From: a virus
IMG/VR virus record: IMGVR_UViG_3300045988_068405
Location: 1-42,414 of that record
Length of the DNA: 42,414 nucleotides
Direction: 5' to 3' (one strand)
Below are positions 40,041 to 42,414 of the stretch, one piece after another. The notes under the pieces are model-generated. The model was given only the letters and a program-made list of their open reading frames with translations. It was not told the origin of the DNA and made no database searches. The first letter of the stretch is position 1; each line of letters starts with the position of its first letter. Made by a program: the position numbers and the translations under genes.

Positions 40041-41411
40041 TTATATAAAAAACACCTTAGACACCTTCTTGCCATCAATCTCAATGCGCCTGATGGTACG
40101 ATGCCAGAAATCACGCTTTCCATCCTTGGATAATTGCCAGTACATTTCTTCCCAATCGTCAGGCAGCTGCTTGATTGGGCTGAGTGGGACTCTCTGGCTT
40201 TCAAGCTCTGCCATATCTGCCTTGAGCTGTGACGTCTTTTCTACATACTCAGCACGCCCCATATCTCCATCAAGGTATACGTCTTTCAGCCGTTGGAGCT
40301 TGCCCTTGATGCGGCTGATTTCCTTTTCTGCATCCTTAGCCTTTTCTTGGCTTTGTGCAATACTTGCCTCGTAGTCCGTGATCAACTCGGACATATGCTC
40401 GATTAAGTAATCTTCCAGTTTGTGTTCCATCACAAAGGCAGGCTTCTCACAAATGTCCTTTCTCCTAACCTTTGTGCAGCATTGGTAGTACCCTCTCTCA
40501 ATTGTCTCCCCATTTGCCCTGATGTGCTTGGATAGCTTCGAACACATCCGCGCTCCACAACTGGCGCAGAAGATCACCCCTGTAAAGATATATACTCTAT
40601 CATCTTTTGGCGTGCGTGGATAGTGGACTCTAGCTTGCTCTATGATCTTGTGTTGCTCTGGTGTGATGTATGCAGGCACATCAACCCCGTAGTACGTGCC
40701 GTAGTACGGCTCTTTGTCTAGGATGAAATGAGCGGTTTTGCGTGACATGCGCAGACCTAACTTCCGTGCAGCGTCCATGGCTGCTACTGGGCTGTAAGTG
40801 TCAAGGTAGGTATTAAAAAACGCTTGCATAGCATCCTTAGTGGCAGGATCATAGTCAATGGTACTGGAGGATGTCCTTATGTACCCTAGCGGCATCCTGC
40901 CTGCTATGATGTGCCCATGCTCCCTTTTGTACTCCAGTACAGCTTTGATACGTTCTGACGTGCGGTCGGACTCTGCCTGAGCCACCGACAGCATGATATT
41001 TACTTTAAAAACTCCTGCCGAAGTCTCCGTTTCGTAATCCTCCCAAATCGCCCTCCATGGCACTTTTGCACCATCTAACACCTGCTGTACTGCATAGTAG
41101 TCGGCAACAGAGCGAAACCATCTGTCTAACTTTGTAAAAAGAATAATATCAATTTTATGCTTTTTGCAATCTTCTAGCAATTGCAATAATGCAGGACGTG
41201 ATTTGTATTTCTTTCTCGCACTGATTCCTGCATCGTTGTAGATACCTGCGATTGAAAAACCGCGTTCCTGGCAATAGTTCTTTAATGCGTCTAACTGGTT
41301 ATCCACTGATAATCCGTGTTCCTTCTGTTCTGCGGTTGATACGCGTACGTATATAGCCGCCCTTTTCTGCCCTTCCTTATCTAACCTTTTCTGTTCTTCC
41401 TTTTCTGCCAT
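40041..41411 (-). CDS. int: Large serine recombinase (integrase)
   Basis: 456 aa from Met 'MAEKEEQ' (RBS AAGGAAGG). Resolvase catalytic domain 'AAIYVRVSTAEQKEHGLSVDNQ', recombinase domain, zinc ribbon 'CASCGARM...YYQC', and a coiled-coil C-terminus. Confidence 0.9.
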   Translation of the reverse strand: MAEKEEQKRLDKEGQKRAAIYVRVSTAEQKEHGLSVDNQLDALKNYCQERGFSIAGIYNDAGISARKKYKSRPALLQLLEDCKKHKIDIILFTKLDRWFRSVADYYAVQQVLDGAKVPWRAIWEDYETETSAGVFKVNIMLSVAQAESDRTSERIKAVLEYKREHGHIIAGRMPLGYIRTSSSTIDYDPATKDAMQAFFNTYLDTYSPVAAMDAARKLGLRMSRKTAHFILDKEPYYGTYYGVDVPAYITPEQHKIIEQARVHYPRTPKDDRVYIFTGVIFCASCGARMCSKLSKHIRANGETIERGYYQCCTKVRRKDICEKPAFVMEHKLEDYLIEHMSELITDYEASIAQSQEKAKDAEKEISRIKGKLQRLKDVYLDGDMGRAEYVEKTSQLKADMAELESQRVPLSPIKQLPDDWEEMYWQLSKDGKRDFWHRTIRRIEIDGKKVSKVFFI

Positions 41412-41471
41412 TTCTGTCCTTCCTTGTGTTACGTTTACACCATTAGTCACATCAAAAGTGTTGAAAAAAGT

Positions 41472-41477
41472 ATTATA
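41472..41477 (-). promoter_or_regulatory. Possible -10 (TATAAT) for the integrase gene
   Basis: Minus strand reads cgaTATAATac, 60 nt upstream of the start. No good -35 was found. Confidence 0.3.
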
Positions 41478-41532
41478 TCGTTTTCCCCTTTGTGCTAACA
41501 TAGAAACATCTTTTTTTAAGGAGGTGCATTAT

Positions 41533-41664
41533 ATGGACAGAAAGGAGCTTATAAAAAAGATATCTGACCTGCTGCAAACCTTTGATCTTGTTACCCTGTT
41601 AGCCATTTACCGCACACTAAAACGTGTACAGAAAGGAGCTGTAAATGAAAAAGATGCTGATTAA
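41533..41664 (+). CDS. Small protein (43 aa), paralog 1; divergent from int (RDF or regulator candidate)
   Basis: ATG 41533 lies 7 nt after AAGGAGGTG. Sequence MDRKELIKKISDLLQTFDLVTLLAIYRTLKRVQKGAVNEKDAD. Confidence 0.55.
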   Translation: MDRKELIKKISDLLQTFDLVTLLAIYRTLKRVQKGAVNEKDAD

Positions 41665-41740
41665 GAAAATAACTGATATGTTGCAAACACAAAGTGAAGA
41701 TGTGCTACTGCTGATCTATGAAATTTTGCTTAGGATGTAA
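41645..41740 (+). CDS. Small protein (31 aa), paralog 2 (not in ORF track)
   Basis: Hand translation MKKMLIKKITDMLQTQSEDVLLLIYEILLRM. Shares 'LIKKI(S/T)D(L/M)LQT...LL.IY..L.R' with paralog 1. Overlaps paralog 1 by 20 nt and the repressor-2 3' end by 11 nt. Confidence 0.4.
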   Translation: MKKMLIKKITDMLQTQSEDVLLLIYEILLRM

Positions 41741-42119
41741 CTTGTTTGAGTGCTTTGAGATTATTTAGTATGTCCCCAAAGACCTCTGCTTGATCTTCCG
41801 AGAGCTGCAAAACATACTGTACAGCCTCGATTGAAACTTGATAACGCTTTGAGTCCGCATTGAGTTGACGGAGTTGGCTTGCGATATTGGAGATTTCTGC
41901 GCATGATGCAACCTGCATTTCGCCTTTTCCAGTCCGCAACCACTCCTCTCTGATGCTGAATCTCTCGCAGATCAGCGTGATACTCTGCGTGCTTGGCTTG
42001 CTTTTTCCACTGCACATGTTGGATACTGCCGACTCCGAAATTTGCAAAGTTCGTGCCAATCCTGCCTGTTTCATTCCCTTCATTTTCAGTATCTGCAAAA
42101 TTCTATCACCGATTTCCAT
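41730..42119 (-). CDS. CI-like repressor paralog, XRE-family HTH (repressor 2)
   Basis: 129 aa. HTH 'MKQAGLARTLQISESAVSNMCSGKSKPS', then 'EEWLRTGKGEM'. The C-terminal 'YVLQLSEDQAEVF' parallels repressor 1 'YLLQLDETQMQAV'. RBS GGGAGGTG. Confidence 0.85.
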   Translation of the reverse strand: MEIGDRILQILKMKGMKQAGLARTLQISESAVSNMCSGKSKPSTQSITLICERFSIREEWLRTGKGEMQVASCAEISNIASQLRQLNADSKRYQVSIEAVQYVLQLSEDQAEVFGDILNNLKALKQVTS

Positions 42120-42142
42120 TTTTTCACCTCCCTTCTCTTCTT

Positions 42143-42171
42143 ATTATATCACATTCCCTTTTGAAAGTAAA
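42143..42171 (-). promoter_or_regulatory. Promoter of repressor 2
   Basis: Minus strand reads TTTACT (42166-42171), a 17-nt spacer, and TGTGATATAAT with a perfect TATAAT at 42143-42148. Confidence 0.7.
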
Positions 42172-42205
42172 TAGACAACTTATATAGATTAAGGAAAAGA
42201 CTAAT

Positions 42206-42236
42206 AAAAAAAGGAAACCAGATTAACCTGATTTCC
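42206..42236 (-). terminator. Minus-strand intrinsic terminator between the two repressor genes
   Basis: Stem 42213-42221/42228-42236 (one mismatch), loop of 6 nt. The A7 run at 42206-42212 reads as T7 after the hairpin on the minus strand. Confidence 0.55.
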
Positions 42237-42272
42237 TAAATACGGAGAATTATTGAGTTCTTTTCACACAAA

Positions 42273-42302
42273 CCCCTCGTGCCGAAAGGTAAACACGAGG
42301 GG
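42273..42302. repeat. Perfect 9-bp inverted repeat CCCCTCGTG-N12-CACGAGGGG
   Basis: Read directly from the sequence. The terminal repeat begins inside its right arm (42296). Confidence 0.85.
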
Positions 42303-42414
42303 CAGACAGAAAGGATAAAGGTACTCATTTGTGAATATCCCACATCAGAGAAAGGTGTAAAAGATGTGCGAATCCTTTACAGCCCTAACTATAAGGGCGA
42401 TGAATAAAAAAAGC
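42296..42414. repeat. Terminal direct repeat, copy 2 (identical to 1-119)
   Basis: 119/119 identity with the window start. Confidence 0.95.
42334..42361 (-). promoter_or_regulatory. Candidate minus-strand promoter (also present as 39-66)
   Basis: Minus strand reads TTTACA (42356-42361), a 16-nt spacer, TGg and GATATT (42334-42339). Confidence 0.35.

Larger units (their letters stand above)
42206..42327 (-). ncRNA. Candidate sRNA of about 120 nt in the immunity region
   Basis: Bounded by the predicted promoter (42334-42361) and the 42206-42236 terminator. Contains a perfect 9-bp hairpin (42273-42302). Its only ORF, 30 codons, has no RBS. Confidence 0.3.

Noticed and set aside
39952-40374. 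Listed + strand ORF (140 aa)
   Set aside because: It is antisense to the C-terminal coding region of the serine integrase and starts in AT-rich non-coding DNA without an RBS.
41533-41664. Arbitrium-like (AimP) communication peptide
   Set aside because: The length (43 aa) is suggestive. However, there is no N-terminal signal sequence and no TPR receptor (AimR-like) gene, and a paralogous copy follows. It is better treated as an RDF or regulator candidate.
622-42171. The TGTGATAT motif shared by three promoters (PR, repressor 1, repressor 2) as a common operator
   Set aside because: It coincides with the Firmicutes TRTG -16 element fused to the -10 hexamer, so promoter consensus alone explains it. 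Only the TCACAaTGTGA palindrome is kept as an operator candidate.

Overview
The window is a complete temperate siphovirus-type (Caudoviricetes) phage genome, probably from a low-GC Firmicutes/Clostridia-like host. Positions 1-119 are identical to 42296-42414, so the unique sequence is 42,295 bp and the window closes into a circle. The immunity region is therefore split across the two window ends.

Gene order, almost all on the + strand:
- **Lysogeny switch:** two paralogous XRE/CI-like repressors on the - strand, with divergent consensus promoters.
- **Early genes:** tandem paralog genes, a tRNA-like element, and a triple BRO-N/ORF6C antirepressor broken by a 1-nt frameshift.
- **Recombination module:** Gp157-like protein, an AT-rich PD-(D/E)xK nuclease, a Rad52/Sak-like annealase, SSB and NinB-like protein.
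- **Replication module:** replisome organizer with internal TGTAAC iterons, and a G39P-like helicase loader.
- **Before the late genes:** small Zn-ribbon and membrane ORFs, an HNH-like protein, a triple-HTH protein and a sigma-region-4-like late regulator.
- **Packaging and head:** ParB-methyltransferase fusion, TerS, TerL, portal, MuF-like protein, gp10-like protein, scaffold and major capsid protein.
- **Connectors and tail:** connector genes, major tail protein, frameshifted chaperones, tape measure, Dit, Tal and a BppU/beta-helix receptor-binding protein.
- **Lysis cassette,** carrying an inserted DUF4406-like gene.
- **Accessory region of about 6 kb, then the integrase:** a large serine integrase follows the accessory region.

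The accessory region is the most interesting part. It holds:
- a sigma-r4-only gene;
- a promoter/terminator-bounded secreted-protein moron;
- a self-contained seven-gene cluster of Gln/Asn-rich and Cys-rich proteins (34.9-38.1 kb);
- an ORF-less promoter-to-terminator unit, a candidate sRNA;
- a five-gene minus-strand operon with two HTH genes behind an operator-bearing promoter.

No rRNA, canonical tRNA, CRISPR array or transposase was seen. All functional calls rest on motifs and gene order read by eye. No database search was run, so family names are recollections to be confirmed with HHpred, Pfam or Foldseek.
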